A DNA stretch of 64,000 nt from an uncultured Bacillota bacterium. Lineage in GTDB: Bacteria > Sysuimicrobiota > Sysuimicrobiia > Sysuimicrobiales > Segetimicrobiaceae. A program made the translations under genes and the position numbers. Location: NCBI GenBank assembly GCA_963804645.1, contig CAWDRG010000009.1, positions 1,340,628-1,404,627 on the forward strand. The letters run 5' to 3'. Below are positions 32,025 through 42,102 of this stretch, piece after piece (position 1 is the stretch's first letter; each line of letters opens with the position of its first letter). The notes under the pieces were generated by a model. That model did no database searches. It was not told where the DNA came from and saw only the letters and a list, made by a program, of their open reading frames with translations.

Positions 32025-33377
32025 CTACCGGCCCGCCTGGGCCGCCGCGCGGAGGATCGCCGCGAGACTGCGGTCGATGTCTCGTTCGGTCGTGGCCCAC
32101 GACGACACGCTGAGACGCATCGCCGCCTCGTTTCGCCACAGCGTCCCCCCCGCCCAGCACGTGCCGTCCGCCTGCACGGCCTCGATCACGCGGCGGGTGG
32201 CCTCCGAGTCTCCGAAGGAGACGAGCACTTGGTTTAGGACGACGTCGTTCAGCACACGATAGCCGGCACGGCGCAGCCCCTCGGCGAAGCGGCCCGCGTA
32301 GCAGCAGGTCCGCTCGACGAGATCGGCGAGACCGGACCGGCCGAGATGTCGCAGTGCGGCCCACACCTCGACGGCGCGGGCCCGGCGCGACATCTCCGGC
32401 GTGTGAAGGTGCGGCTCTCGGCCCGTCTGTTGGACCAAGTAGGCCGCGCTCGCCGCCATCGACGCCTTCAGCGCGGCTCCGTCGCGCACGAACGCGATGC
32501 CGCTGTCATACGGCACGTTGAGCCACTTGTGGGCGTCCAGCGCCCATGAATCTGCGAGGTCGACGTCCTCCGTGAGATGCGCCCGCGAGGGGGCGGCGGC
32601 GGCCCAGAGCCCGAATGCTCCGTCGACATGGATCCAGGCGCCGGCTCGGCGCGCAATGGGACAGATCTCTCGAGCGGGGTCGAACGCGCCACTATTCACA
32701 TTGCCCGCCTGAAGGCAGAGGATCGCCGGGGCCGCGAACGCCGGCAGCGCGTCCGCCCGCATGCGCCCCTCACCATCGACGGGCACTCGTACCACGCGGT
32801 CGCGACCCAGCCCGAGCAGCGTCAGCGCCTTCAGCAGGCTCACATGAACGTGGTCCCCAACTACGACGGTGATCGGTGGTGCGCCGAACAATCCCTGCGC
32901 TTCGACGTCCCACCCGGCGCGTGCCAGCACCGCGTGGCGAGCGGCTGCGAGCGCGGTGAGATTCGCCATCGTGGCGCCGGTGACGAACGCGCCCGCGGTT
33001 CCTTGCGGCAGGGCTAGTACGTCGACCAACCAGCCGAGCGCGATTTCTTCGAGCGCCGACGCGATCGGGGAGCTGACCGTGAGACCGGCGTTTTGGTCCC
33101 ACGCACCGGCGAGCCAGTTCGCCGCCACCGTGACGGGCAGCGCTCCTCCAACCACGAAGCCGAAGTACCGGCCACCGGCCGAGGCGACGGTGGCCGGCGA
33201 GCCGAGGTCGTCGAGCAGCGCGAGGACCGCTTCCGGGTCGGTCGGCCCGTTCGGCAGCGGACCTCCTAAGTCCCTAAGGCGTGAGATGGCGGCCGCAGTC
33301 GGCGACACGCGGCGGTCGCCGAGTCCCCGCAGGTACCGTACTCCACGTTCGGCCGCGTTCGCGAGTAGATCTCCCAT
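32025..33377 (-). CDS. Group II PLP-dependent decarboxylase
   Basis: RYFGFVVGG, WIHVDGAFG, DSWALDAHKWLNVPYDSG; RBS GGAGG before ATG 33377. Confidence 0.9.
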   Translation of the reverse strand: MGDLLANAAERGVRYLRGLGDRRVSPTAAAISRLRDLGGPLPNGPTDPEAVLALLDDLGSPATVASAGGRYFGFVVGGALPVTVAANWLAGAWDQNAGLTVSSPIASALEEIALGWLVDVLALPQGTAGAFVTGATMANLTALAAARHAVLARAGWDVEAQGLFGAPPITVVVGDHVHVSLLKALTLLGLGRDRVVRVPVDGEGRMRADALPAFAAPAILCLQAGNVNSGAFDPAREICPIARRAGAWIHVDGAFGLWAAAAPSRAHLTEDVDLADSWALDAHKWLNVPYDSGIAFVRDGAALKASMAASAAYLVQQTGREPHLHTPEMSRRARAVEVWAALRHLGRSGLADLVERTCCYAGRFAEGLRRAGYRVLNDVVLNQVLVSFGDSEATRRVIEAVQADGTCWAGGTLWRNEAAMRLSVSSWATTERDIDRSLAAILRAAAQAGR

Positions 33378-33455
33378 ACGGCGCACACCTCCGGAGCCGC
33401 AGATTCTGCGGAGCGGTGGCTTCCTGACCGCTTGCGCGGAACCCTTCCCGATTGA

Positions 33456-33485
33456 TTGACACTGGCGAATAGCGGTCCGTATAAT
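33456..33485 (+). promoter_or_regulatory. Consensus sigma70 promoter of tRNA-Leu
   Basis: TTGACA 33456-33461, 18-nt spacer, TATAAT 33480-33485. Confidence 0.85.
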
Positions 33486-33522
33486 GAGGAGGCCCTGCTG
33501 GGAAGGCAGGGCCTTTCTCCGC

Positions 33523-33608
33523 GCCGGGATGGCGGAATCTGGCAGACGCGCACGTTTGAGGGGCGTGTGGGGAAACCCGTGGGGGTTCAAATCCCCCTCC
33601 CGGCACCA
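33523..33608 (+). tRNA. tRNA-Leu(GAG)
   Basis: Acceptor GCCGGGA/TCCCGGC plus ACCA; anticodon arm CACGT-TTGAGGG-GCGTG; long variable arm; T-loop GTTCAAATC. Confidence 0.97.
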
Positions 33609-33885
33609 GTTCTACTCACCACATCCGCATTCAGATTGAGTAAGCGTGCCGTGCATCTCACCCGGCGGGCCCGCACCGCGAGACGGACGACCGGAAGGTG
33701 TTGGTGAAGCGGCGGCGAACGTTCCTGCCTACCACGGCTTCAGGCAGGGGCAGAATCTTAGTTTGCGGCCGATTTCGTCGCGGGCTGGTGCAGTTGTGAG
33801 TGGCCTGCGACAGAATCCGCGAGACGACAATCGCGGGGTACAAAGCGGGCCATCAGAGATCGTGAATTTGAAGGGGGACCATGTC

Positions 33886-34431
33886 GTGCAACGTATTCAG
33901 CCGGTCGATGAACAGAGCGTTTCGCCGATCGTCCAACAGGCGTTTGCGGATGCGGCGCGGCGTGGCGCCCCCAACCCCACGTTGTTGCGAATTCTCGCAC
34001 GCCACCCCGTGGCGCTGAATGCATTTTACGCTGGATGGCAGTCCACGTTCTACGATGGGATCGTTGAACATACGCTGAAAGAACTGATGCGCGTGCGGAT
34101 GGCGCGGCTCAGGAACTGTGGTTATTGAAGCGGAGTCCGCTCTGCCGTGGCAGAGCACATGGGACTCACCGACGCTAAGATTGAAGCGACCTGGGATCCT
34201 GGCGATCCGATTTTTACACCCCGCGAGCGGGCCGCGCTCGAAATGGCATCGTTATTCACTGAAGACTATCGTGCGATCACAGATCAACACGTGCAACGCT
34301 GGAAGGAGTGGTTCAGCGACGAGGAACTGATCGAGCTTGGAGCATTCATGGCCTTGGCCGATGGATTCGGCAAGCTCGTGGAAATGTTGGGGTTGGGTCA
34401 ATACGATCAGCACTGCGAATACGAGATATAG
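33886..34431 (+). CDS. AhpD/carboxymuconolactone decarboxylase-like protein, probable selenoprotein (C-G-Y-U, TGA at 34126-34128)
   Basis: Two ORF halves in one frame; LKELMRVRMARLRNCGY-TGA matches the AhpD CxxC; second half has FTPRERAAL and FSDEELIELG; hairpin 11 nt after the TGA. Confidence 0.78.
34139..34156 (+). promoter_or_regulatory. Candidate bacterial SECIS hairpin
   Basis: GCTCTGC-CGTG-GCAGAGC perfect stem starting at the 11th nt after the in-frame TGA. Confidence 0.55.
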
Positions 34432-34529
34432 GGACGTCGGCCATTCGCCGATGGTCGAGTCACCGGCGAAAATCGTGGAGTTGATCAGGAGGTCCTGGGC
34501 CCGGCGCTCTGCCGCGCATAGTTGCTCAA

Positions 34530-34946
34530 TTAGGCTACAAAATCGGCGCTTGGCAAATTGTCCAAATGCGAAATCCCCCTCCCGGCACCATCGATCACGA
34601 ACATTCCCGCGAGATTGCCGGTAATCCGAGCCACGAGATGCTTCTCCTCCCGGCGTAGGACAGTCGTGTCCACAGCCAGGGACAGCATCTGCCGAGCGTC
34701 GTCCACGTTCGTTGACAGTGTAGCCCGCAGATCCCATAAATACCGCTCCATGACTGTTTGAACCGAGATAACCGGTGCCCGGCTGGCTTTGTGTCGCGCA
34801 CAGCTTGCTCCGTAGCTGCCATGCGTCGTTCGGCGTCCTCCAGCACCTGTTTGGTGGCGTGATGATACCAGATCGAATTGGATTGTCGCGCCATCGATCA
34901 GAATCTGCGACTCGTGCCGCGGTTGCGCGACAACGCAGTGCAGCAC
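34530..34946 (-). pseudogene. Large serine recombinase C-terminal remnant (frameshifted)
   Basis: Coiled coil TKQVLEDAERRMAA then ERYLWDLRATL...ARQML...GNLAG..GAGRGIS; homologous to other remnants; frame crosses att copy 1. Confidence 0.7.
34571..34590 (+). repeat. tRNA-Leu 3'-end copy 1 (att-like)
   Basis: AAATCCCCCTCCCGGCACCA, 20/20 identical to 33589-33608. Confidence 0.95.
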
Positions 34947-35283
34947 GCGGAGGGCGCGGTGACAGAGGGCGATTGGAAAGTCTCGTGCTTCTAGTGTCCT
35001 GAGTCGAAAGTTGCTTCCATAATTCTGAGTCCTGAGGCGCTGATAATACTGACGAATCTCACCGGACCATGTTAGCGGATCTCTAACTCAGGACACTAGG
35101 TGGTCTTGCTGCCGTTGCTCATGGGACTACCTAATCGTAGTGGCCGGGCCGACAGGCAACTCCGGCAGTGCGCCGGAAGGAGCGCCTGCCCGGTTTCTCG
35201 AAGGTCCGATCCATCTCGATTTCCGCTGGGGTGCTGTCATACGAATGCAGTTCCGACCGTCGTTCAATACGGGACGGAATTTC

Positions 35284-36129
35284 ATGGCTCGCTGTCGCGA
35301 TGTCGGCAGGGGCAGCGTTCGCCGAACCGTATCGCGTGTCGCGGTTGCGATCGCTTGCTGTTGCCTATCCGCACTGCAGCCGTCTTCTGCTGCTCAGTTC
35401 CAGCCTCCGTCGGTGACCGGTGCCATAAAGCCATTCTTCTACGGTCGAGCGTCCATCGCAGGCCTGCCGGCGGACAATGGAGTCTTCGTCGATGCGGTTA
35501 TCGTGCAGGGCGTGAACGACTACACGGTCTGCGGCCAAACGACGGTCGGCGCGAACATGACGTTGTTCAATAGCAGCAGCACCGGCCCGGGCGCGTACAC
35601 GTTGGTAATCGACACGACGAAACCAGAGTGCCTTAATAAGAAGGCCCAGTATACTTTCTTTATCAATTCGGTCCGCGCCCGCGCGGTGACCAATCCGGGC
35701 TTTACCGTGAACGGCGGAACATTCCACGTCGACTTAGATGCGGCCGAAGTCGCGTTGGTGACAAACGGGGCGGCCGGCGCGCCCGGCGCCATAAACAAGA
35801 ATGCACCGGTAGTCTATTTTTACGGAATCGTTCAAAATCCCCGCGGCGTTGTCCGCACGGGCACCCAGGTCACTGTGAAAACTAAGGACGGTACGTGTAG
35901 CGACGTCGGACGGACCCGAACTCTGATCTGGGAGCCGAAAGCCAAGGGCTATGGGCGAATCATGGAACAGGGGTTCTACTTCGTCACTATTGAGGGCAGT
36001 GCCTGCGAAAATCGCATGGGAACATACGTGTTCGACGTCGCCGGCCAGTTGAGCAGGACGATTCAGTATACTACGCCGCCGTACGCGAATGGCTTTCGCG
36101 TCGATCTGAATGCGCCCGGTGCCCCTTAG
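35284..36129 (+). CDS. Secreted hypothetical protein with two similar beta-rich domains
   Basis: Signal-peptide-like N-terminus; internal duplication FFYG...C...GAY / YFYG...C...GFY; start codon uncertain. Confidence 0.65.
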   Translation: MARCRDVGRGSVRRTVSRVAVAIACCCLSALQPSSAAQFQPPSVTGAIKPFFYGRASIAGLPADNGVFVDAVIVQGVNDYTVCGQTTVGANMTLFNSSSTGPGAYTLVIDTTKPECLNKKAQYTFFINSVRARAVTNPGFTVNGGTFHVDLDAAEVALVTNGAAGAPGAINKNAPVVYFYGIVQNPRGVVRTGTQVTVKTKDGTCSDVGRTRTLIWEPKAKGYGRIMEQGFYFVTIEGSACENRMGTYVFDVAGQLSRTIQYTTPPYANGFRVDLNAPGAP

Positions 36130-36275
36130 CGCTTCACATAACCTCGTGCCCGGGAAGAATTTCTAGCGGGACCTGCAGCGCCACCATTCCGCGCAACCGG
36201 ATACGCTCAAGGAGGAGTCACGCGAAGCAACGGCGGCCGGACGACCCTACGTGCATCACGTGACGCGCGGGCCTG

Positions 36276-36590
36276 CTACCAGATCGTGCCGGCGGTCATC
36301 GGCCAGTACACCAATGACGAAATCCCCCTCCCGGCACCAGCTCTATCGGTCAAGAGTCCGCGGTCGTCGATCTGTAGCACGCCAGCCAGATTGCCGTAGA
36401 AGTACGCCACGTGGGATGTTCCCTCCCGTTGCTGCACGATGCGATCGACCGCGCGCGCCAGCAGTCGGCGCGCCTTCTCGGTGTTCGTCTCCAGCGTCTC
36501 ACGGAGATCTCGGAGAAACCGCTCCGCCGAGACGGTAAATGGCTCGATGTCCGTTGGCTTTCGAGCTGCGGCGAGCGCCGCCTCCAGGCA
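36276..36590 (-). pseudogene. Large serine recombinase C-terminal remnant
   Basis: ERFLRDLRETL...ARRLLARAVDRIV...GNLAGVL...GAGRGIS; frame crosses att copy 2. Confidence 0.7.
36320..36339 (+). repeat. tRNA-Leu 3'-end copy 2 (att-like)
   Basis: 20/20 match to the tRNA 3' end. Confidence 0.95.
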
Positions 36591-36639
36591 TGAAAAAATC
36601 TGATATGTGACACAAGGGAACGTCCACGGGGGATGCGGG

Positions 36640-37524
36640 ATGCGGCGATCTATGGCTTGGGTGAGTATCATGATCGTGAGTTGCGCCCTGGGTATCACGC
36701 TCCAAGCCCAGGCAGTTTCATTGAAGTTTGCCACGCTCGATGCCCCGGGCGCTCACACGACCTTTGCCCAAGGAATCACCCCCGCCGGGCAGATCGTGGG
36801 CCGGTTCTGGGACGCGCGCGACAGAGCACACGGGTTTTTCCGCACGTCATCGGGCACGTTCACTACGATCGATGTCCCGGGTCCGACAGACACCGAAGCC
36901 TACGGGGTCAACGCCGCTGGGCAGATTGTGGGCCGGTTCTGGGACGCATCCAGCGCCGTCAGCCCGTATCACGGCTTTCTGCGCATCTCTGGGCGCGTAA
37001 TTGTCACGATCGATAACCCGGGCGCGACAAAGACCGAAGCCTACGGGATCAACGACGCCGGGCAGATCGTGGGCGACTTTCAGGACGCACGCAGCGAGTG
37101 GCATGGCTTTTTGCGCACCTCAGTGGGCATGGTCACCACGATCGATGTCCCTGGTGCGACGGACACGTATGCCTCTGGAATCAACGACGCCGGGCAGATC
37201 GTGGGCGACTTCCAGGACGCACGCGGCATTCACGGTTTTTTGCGCACCTCGTCTGGCACCTTCACGAAGATCGATGTCCCGGGCGCGACGTTGACCAATG
37301 CCGATGGAATCAACGCCACCGGTCGAATCGTGGGTCTCTTCAAGGGAGCAGGCCCCGGGCAACATGCCTTCATCCGCACCTCCGGCGGCACCTTCACCAC
37401 GATCGATGTCCCGGGCGCGAGGGAGACCCATGCCAATGGAATCAACGCCGACGGGCAGATCGTCGGCGACTTCTGGGACGCGCGCGGCAAGATCCGTGGC
37501 TATGTCGCTACTTCAACCCCATGA
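36640..37524 (+). CDS. Secreted HAF-repeat-like (probable beta-propeller) protein
   Basis: Signal peptide plus six repeats of about 44 aa, TIDVPGA..T.A.GIN.AGQIVG.F.DA...HGF.R. Confidence 0.82.
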   Translation: MRRSMAWVSIMIVSCALGITLQAQAVSLKFATLDAPGAHTTFAQGITPAGQIVGRFWDARDRAHGFFRTSSGTFTTIDVPGPTDTEAYGVNAAGQIVGRFWDASSAVSPYHGFLRISGRVIVTIDNPGATKTEAYGINDAGQIVGDFQDARSEWHGFLRTSVGMVTTIDVPGATDTYASGINDAGQIVGDFQDARGIHGFLRTSSGTFTKIDVPGATLTNADGINATGRIVGLFKGAGPGQHAFIRTSGGTFTTIDVPGARETHANGINADGQIVGDFWDARGKIRGYVATSTP

Positions 37525-37726
37525 ATTCGTGGATTGCTGCTCCATGAGTGATGCGGGCGCTTCCTGGTGGTTCCACCGTTTCGTGGTTGCCGTGCGGCCT
37601 TGCCCGTCTCCCTGCTGTCGACCGGCCTCTTTCTGCCATGGCGGAATCATCCGGCAGTGTGGTCGGAAGCCGGACGATGTGCTTATGCCACGAATCCAGT
37701 CGCGACGGGTTCTTCGGAAACCGGAG

Positions 37727-37743
37727 AATCCCCCTCCCACCAG
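37727..37743 (+). repeat. Degenerate tRNA-Leu 3'-end copy 3
   Basis: AATCCCCCTCCC-ACCAG equals the core with GGC deleted; abuts a recombinase remnant. Confidence 0.7.
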
Positions 37744-37880
37744 TCAGCCGTTCCCGCAGACGGTTGGCCCTCGGTTCTTGTGGAACGAGCAGATGTACCG
37801 GCCGCTACCTCGGGCCGTATAGTGGGCACCGCACTCAGCGCATCGCAGGAGACCCGAGAACAAGTAGGCATGGCGGGTGG
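37744..37880 (-). pseudogene. Large serine recombinase zinc-ribbon remnant
   Basis: YLFSGLLRCAECGAHY...RYICSFHKNRGPTVCGN, the typical LSR zinc beta-ribbon pattern. Confidence 0.82.
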
Positions 37881-38155
37881 CCCCGCCGCCTGACCAGGCT
37901 TCTGACGTTCCGAGCACGAGTCTCACGTGTACCTCCCAGGCCCGGGATCGGAGCATCTCGGTGAAGGAAGCAGGCAGGAGAACGGAGAGTTGCATGAGAA
38001 CTCGCCGCGCAAGTAGGCGGTCCTGATTTGATCGGCTCGGAAGGACCGGTTGCGCCGAGGCTACTTGTGATGGAAAGCGGGGACCCTTCCACGGAAACTA
38101 GTCACGGTGATTTGCCTGGTGCACAATGGAAGTTCCTGAAGACGGAGGTTGAAGC

Positions 38156-38761
38156 ATGCAGGCGATGCGGAGTTCGATAACACGGTGGGGGAGTGCGAGT
38201 GGAGCGGCTGTGGTGCTGATGCTTTCGCTCGCAGCGACGGCGCTGGCAGTTTCGATCCTTCTGCCACCGGGCGGGAGTGTCGCTGTTCCCGCGACGACCG
38301 CCGCAACGGAGCCCAGCTTGGCGGGAGGCACGCTCCACGACGCACTGCTACCGTTCACGATCATGAGTGCATCAGGAGCGGTGGTGTGTGCGGGGCAGCT
38401 GCAAGATCGGGTTGTGCGATCGAACACCACGGGTCAGATCGATTTCTATTACCGGATCCGTGCGACCACAGGCCCCGGCGCCATTGGTCGAACATCTACG
38501 GCGAGCTTTGGCGGCCTACCACTCCGTATCGGCTACAGGACCGATGGACTGGGCACGGTGGCACCAAAGGTGGCCGCGCGCAGCGCCGCACCCGGGGCGC
38601 TAATAACGTTTAGTTTTGATCCCGCACTATCATGTGCGCGACATCAAGAGTCGCGGTTCATCCTGATCAGGACGCCCGCGAAGAACTTTGTCGCCGGAGG
38701 CAGCACAAGGGTGATCGCGACGACAGGCGCGCTCGTGTCGCTGCCAACTGTCCAGCCGTAA
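38156..38761 (+). CDS. Secreted hypothetical protein
   Basis: Signal-peptide-like hydrophobic N-terminus; beta-rich body (TGQIDFYYRI, YRTDGLG). Confidence 0.65.
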   Translation: MQAMRSSITRWGSASGAAVVLMLSLAATALAVSILLPPGGSVAVPATTAATEPSLAGGTLHDALLPFTIMSASGAVVCAGQLQDRVVRSNTTGQIDFYYRIRATTGPGAIGRTSTASFGGLPLRIGYRTDGLGTVAPKVAARSAAPGALITFSFDPALSCARHQESRFILIRTPAKNFVAGGSTRVIATTGALVSLPTVQP

Positions 38762-39214
38762 AGTCAGCGCAAGCAGCGTCGCACCAGATCACTGTCGTGG
38801 AAAGGCGACCAACAGCAGGTTCCAGCATTTGTCCGAGCGGTTTGAGGGGCGTTGGAGAAGCCGAAGACGACCCTGGTAACGTTCCAGACGGGACGGCCCA
38901 ATCTCTCCTCGTCCGACTGCGTCTGCCTGTCTCCTTCCCGTTTTCGGAATGTCGATAGTATCTTCCCGTCGCTCAGCGTGAGAATGAGACTACTTTATTT
39001 GCGTCTCTCATCCGGGCGAGAATGCCTCGGCATTGCCCTGCCGCAAACGTAAAAGGGGGGGCTGACTCGAGGAACCATGCTGGCTACTGCCTCTGCCTTT
39101 TCTATCCACGCCCCCCAACTATTTCTCAACAAACCGGAACGATCTAATTGGACGTTCCAAATAAACGCCACCCAACACCATTCGCTTTCGATCTCGTCCG
39201 GACAGAACGCCCCA

Positions 39215-39360
39215 TTAGGCTAGTCGTACCTGTGCGTGTCTCTCAAATAAAATTCCTCTCCCGGCACCAGCACCATCGGTCAGCGTCCCACTGCTTGTGT
39301 TGTTACTTATCCTGATCCTGAGCGCGCCCGCAAGACTCCCATGCATGTAGCTGGCCGAGA
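39215..39360 (-). pseudogene. Short recombinase C-terminal remnant
   Basis: HGSLAGALRI...DGAGAGRGILFERHAQVRLA, equivalent to the GNLAG...GAGRGI motif. Confidence 0.55.
39250..39269 (+). repeat. tRNA-Leu 3'-end copy 4 (att-like)
   Basis: AAATTCCTCTCCCGGCACCA, 18/20. Confidence 0.9.
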
Positions 39361-39654
39361 GGGCGGAATCTTTCACAAGACTAAAGGCTGAATTGTCCAA
39401 TGACGTTCTGAGCAGGACCCTGAGAGGAGCCAACGGAAGATGGCTTTCAGAAGATCGTGTCCGCAAAGCATCAATAGCCTGAACTTGGCGAGAAGCACGC
39501 AACGTTAAAATTGCTAACGGGCTCGCACGCGAGACATCGACAGTTAGCGTTTCCTGCGGGCACCGGCGGAGGACTCGCGTTGACGAATGCTCGACTTGTA
39601 TGATGGCTTAGCTGCGGGGCTTCCTTCCTCACAGCGCATTTTAGGTGGTGTAAC

Positions 39655-40725
39655 ATGGCGTCGGAAAACGCTTCGTTGCGCACCTCCAAGAAGTGGTTGA
39701 GATCACCCTTACAATTTGCGGCAGCGGGCCTTATTTGGTCGGCCCTTAACGATGGTGTTGCGGTGGCATTTTCGTATTTGAACGGTATGCATGGGAAGTT
39801 GTTTGCTTTGAATGGAGTCTACAATCAGTATCTAGTGCTGGTTCATGTTGTCGTAGCTTACATTGTGTTCCCCTCGGTTTGGGCCTTCTTTGCCTGGACG
39901 GACCAAGCTCCTCAACGGATGCTGTGCGATCTGAGGAGGGATGGGGTATTTGCAGAAGAGCCTGGATGTACAGAAGAGGACAGGGAAGTATACTCGGGCT
40001 TCAATCAAAGCTCCTGATCTTTCTTGTACGCCGTGGGTATCCTTTTCATTCTAGCGGGAGCATACTTCCTCTGGGCTAGCCCGCCGACGCACGAACCCGG
40101 CATTGTATATAATATTCGGAGCCATCTCCCGAGTACTCTTCTGCTGTGGTTCATGCTGTGGCTGATTCTTTGCAGACTCGTGGAAGCCATCTTGGCGCTC
40201 GACAAGATCCTTCGGACCCGGAAGGTGTGCCTACGCCCCTTTCATCCTGACAATGTGGGCGGATTTGGAGCGCTGGAGCGATATGCTCGAGGATTGTTGC
40301 TCTTCTTTGGATTCGTATTCTTCGGGCTCTTGATAGATTCCCTGCAGACAGTATCAATCAGGCGGGAATCGCATGACGTGATTCTTCTAGTTTACATCGG
40401 GGCGTTTGTCGTTCTGACTCCTGCCCTCTTTTGGGGAACCTTGTGGCCCAGCCACACCGCGATGATTCGGGAACGAGACCGACTCCTTCGCTCGCTCATT
40501 CCTAATGACTGGCAACGAACTTCGTTCGGGCACGTCAACGACAGCGCGTCGACGAAACGGCAGCTTGAGCAGGCCGACGCGGCACGAAAACTGCATGATA
40601 CTGTTATGGATTTCCCCGTGTGGCCGTACCATTTTGGGCCGGACGTGCTGGTTCCGTTGACCGAGAGTTTCGCCGCGGCGGCGATCGCGCACCTCGTGGT
40701 GAACATCTTCTTCCACGCCAAGTAA
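39655..40725 (+). pseudogene. Low-GC multi-TM membrane protein interrupted by in-frame TGA at 40015-40017
   Basis: ORFs 39655-40017 and 40024-40725 share one frame; PFHPDNVGGFG and FPVWP motifs. Confidence 0.6.
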
Positions 40726-40752
40726 TGGATGGATTGGGCCCGTGGATAATAA

Positions 40753-42102
40753 GGTTCATCCGGCATTTTCGGGAATTCCAGGAAACGCGGCCATGATCTT
40801 CAGGAAGAAGTAGCCATCGTCTCGGTAGCCGTACCCCATGCGCTTGAGGACCTTGATCTTGTTGTTGATGCCCTCGAGGAGGCTGGTGTGTAACGGATAG
40901 CGACAGTGCGCGATGATCCCGGGGAGCCGCATCTTGAGATGGCGGGCAAACGTCTTGAGGGGTTCAATGCGACTGCGGATGGCACGGTGGTACCAGTCGG
41001 TGAAGAAGCGGGTGGCGGCGCCAGGATAGGTATAGTCCCACATCTGCTTGAGATCATCCTTCAGCACGTAGACGGCCGCAAGCCGCCGGTTGGCTGCCAA
41101 GAGGTCCTGGAGTCGTACGCGATCCTCCGGTTTGACGTTCTCACGATTGCGCAAGAGGAGCCACCGCGCGCCTTTGATCACCTTGCGGGCTGCTTTGTCG
41201 CGCCGCACGCGATTGGCTTCGTCCACGCGCACCCGGTCAATGACTTCGCGCCCGTACTTGGCGACCACGTGGAAGAGGTCATAGACAAGGACCGCGTGCG
41301 GACAATGGGCGCGCACTTCTTCTTCGTAGGCCGTGTTCATATCCATCACCACCGCCTGCAGACGCTTGCAGCCCTCGCCACCTAACAGCGCGAAGAAAGG
41401 ACGGACGTCGTCGCGACTCCGGCCTTCGCCGACCCAGAGCACGCGTTTGCGCCGGGGTTCGACCACCACCGTGGCGTAGCGGTGGCCCTTTCGCAGGGCG
41501 AATTCATCCATCGCAATCGTTGTCACGTTGGACAGGTCCACCGGGAGCAACTGCTCTGCCAACGCGGCCACGTCCAGGTTTTTCACGGTGTCCCAGTCGA
41601 GGCCGTAGAACTCTGCCACGTGCTTCACCGGCAGGATGCGGCAGAGCCGGACCACGCTCTCCGCCAGGCGCGTGGTCACCCGGTCCCAGGCCGACAGCCA
41701 GGACAGGGCCTCCATTTTGGGGCCGCACGTGGGACAGGCAACGCGGTAGCGCGGCACCCATACGTGAGTCTCGGCGTCGAGCAGCGGCAGATCCCGGATG
41801 CAGCGGACCACCATCTCATGCGCCTTCGCCGTCTCTTGGCCGCACCCGGAGCACCGGAAGGTCCGCTTCTCGCGGGCCAGCGTGATCTCCACCCGCGGTT
41901 TGCCGGCGCCCGTCGTTGGTTCGATGCGCTCCACCAGCTTCACCCGATAGCATTCCCACCCGACCAGCACATTGGTAGACTGATCATGAGGCAAGGTGCT
42001 CCCCCTTCCCTGAAGCGCCGTGTTCGCAGCACGTGCTCAAGGATAGGGGTGTGGTACCTTGCCTTCAACTTATACGGCTATCCCGGTTTTGCCTGAAGAA
42101 CC
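40753..42102 (-). mobile_element. ISL3-family insertion sequence, apparently intact
   Basis: Imperfect IRs GGTTCATCCGGCA.../...TGCCTGAAGAACC; 8-bp target duplication GATAATAA at 40745-40752 and 42103-42110. Confidence 0.93.
40756..41994 (-). CDS. ISL3-family transposase
   Basis: Zn finger CSGCG...CPTCG, IAMDEFALRKGHRY, VVMDM, YDLFHVV, EGINNKIKVLKRMGYGYR. Confidence 0.95.
   Translation of the reverse strand: MPHDQSTNVLVGWECYRVKLVERIEPTTGAGKPRVEITLAREKRTFRCSGCGQETAKAHEMVVRCIRDLPLLDAETHVWVPRYRVACPTCGPKMEALSWLSAWDRVTTRLAESVVRLCRILPVKHVAEFYGLDWDTVKNLDVAALAEQLLPVDLSNVTTIAMDEFALRKGHRYATVVVEPRRKRVLWVGEGRSRDDVRPFFALLGGEGCKRLQAVVMDMNTAYEEEVRAHCPHAVLVYDLFHVVAKYGREVIDRVRVDEANRVRRDKAARKVIKGARWLLLRNRENVKPEDRVRLQDLLAANRRLAAVYVLKDDLKQMWDYTYPGAATRFFTDWYHRAIRSRIEPLKTFARHLKMRLPGIIAHCRYPLHTSLLEGINNKIKVLKRMGYGYRDDGYFFLKIMAAFPGIPENAG

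Noticed and set aside
33274..33606. ORFs overlapping the tRNA, including the long N-terminal extension of the decarboxylase
   Set aside because: Antisense translation of the tRNA; the decarboxylase has a good RBS at ATG 33377.
40015..40017. In-frame TGA in the membrane gene as a second selenocysteine
   Set aside because: No redox motif or evident hairpin; context fits a TGG-to-TGA nonsense change, as at 55720 in the IS5 remnant.
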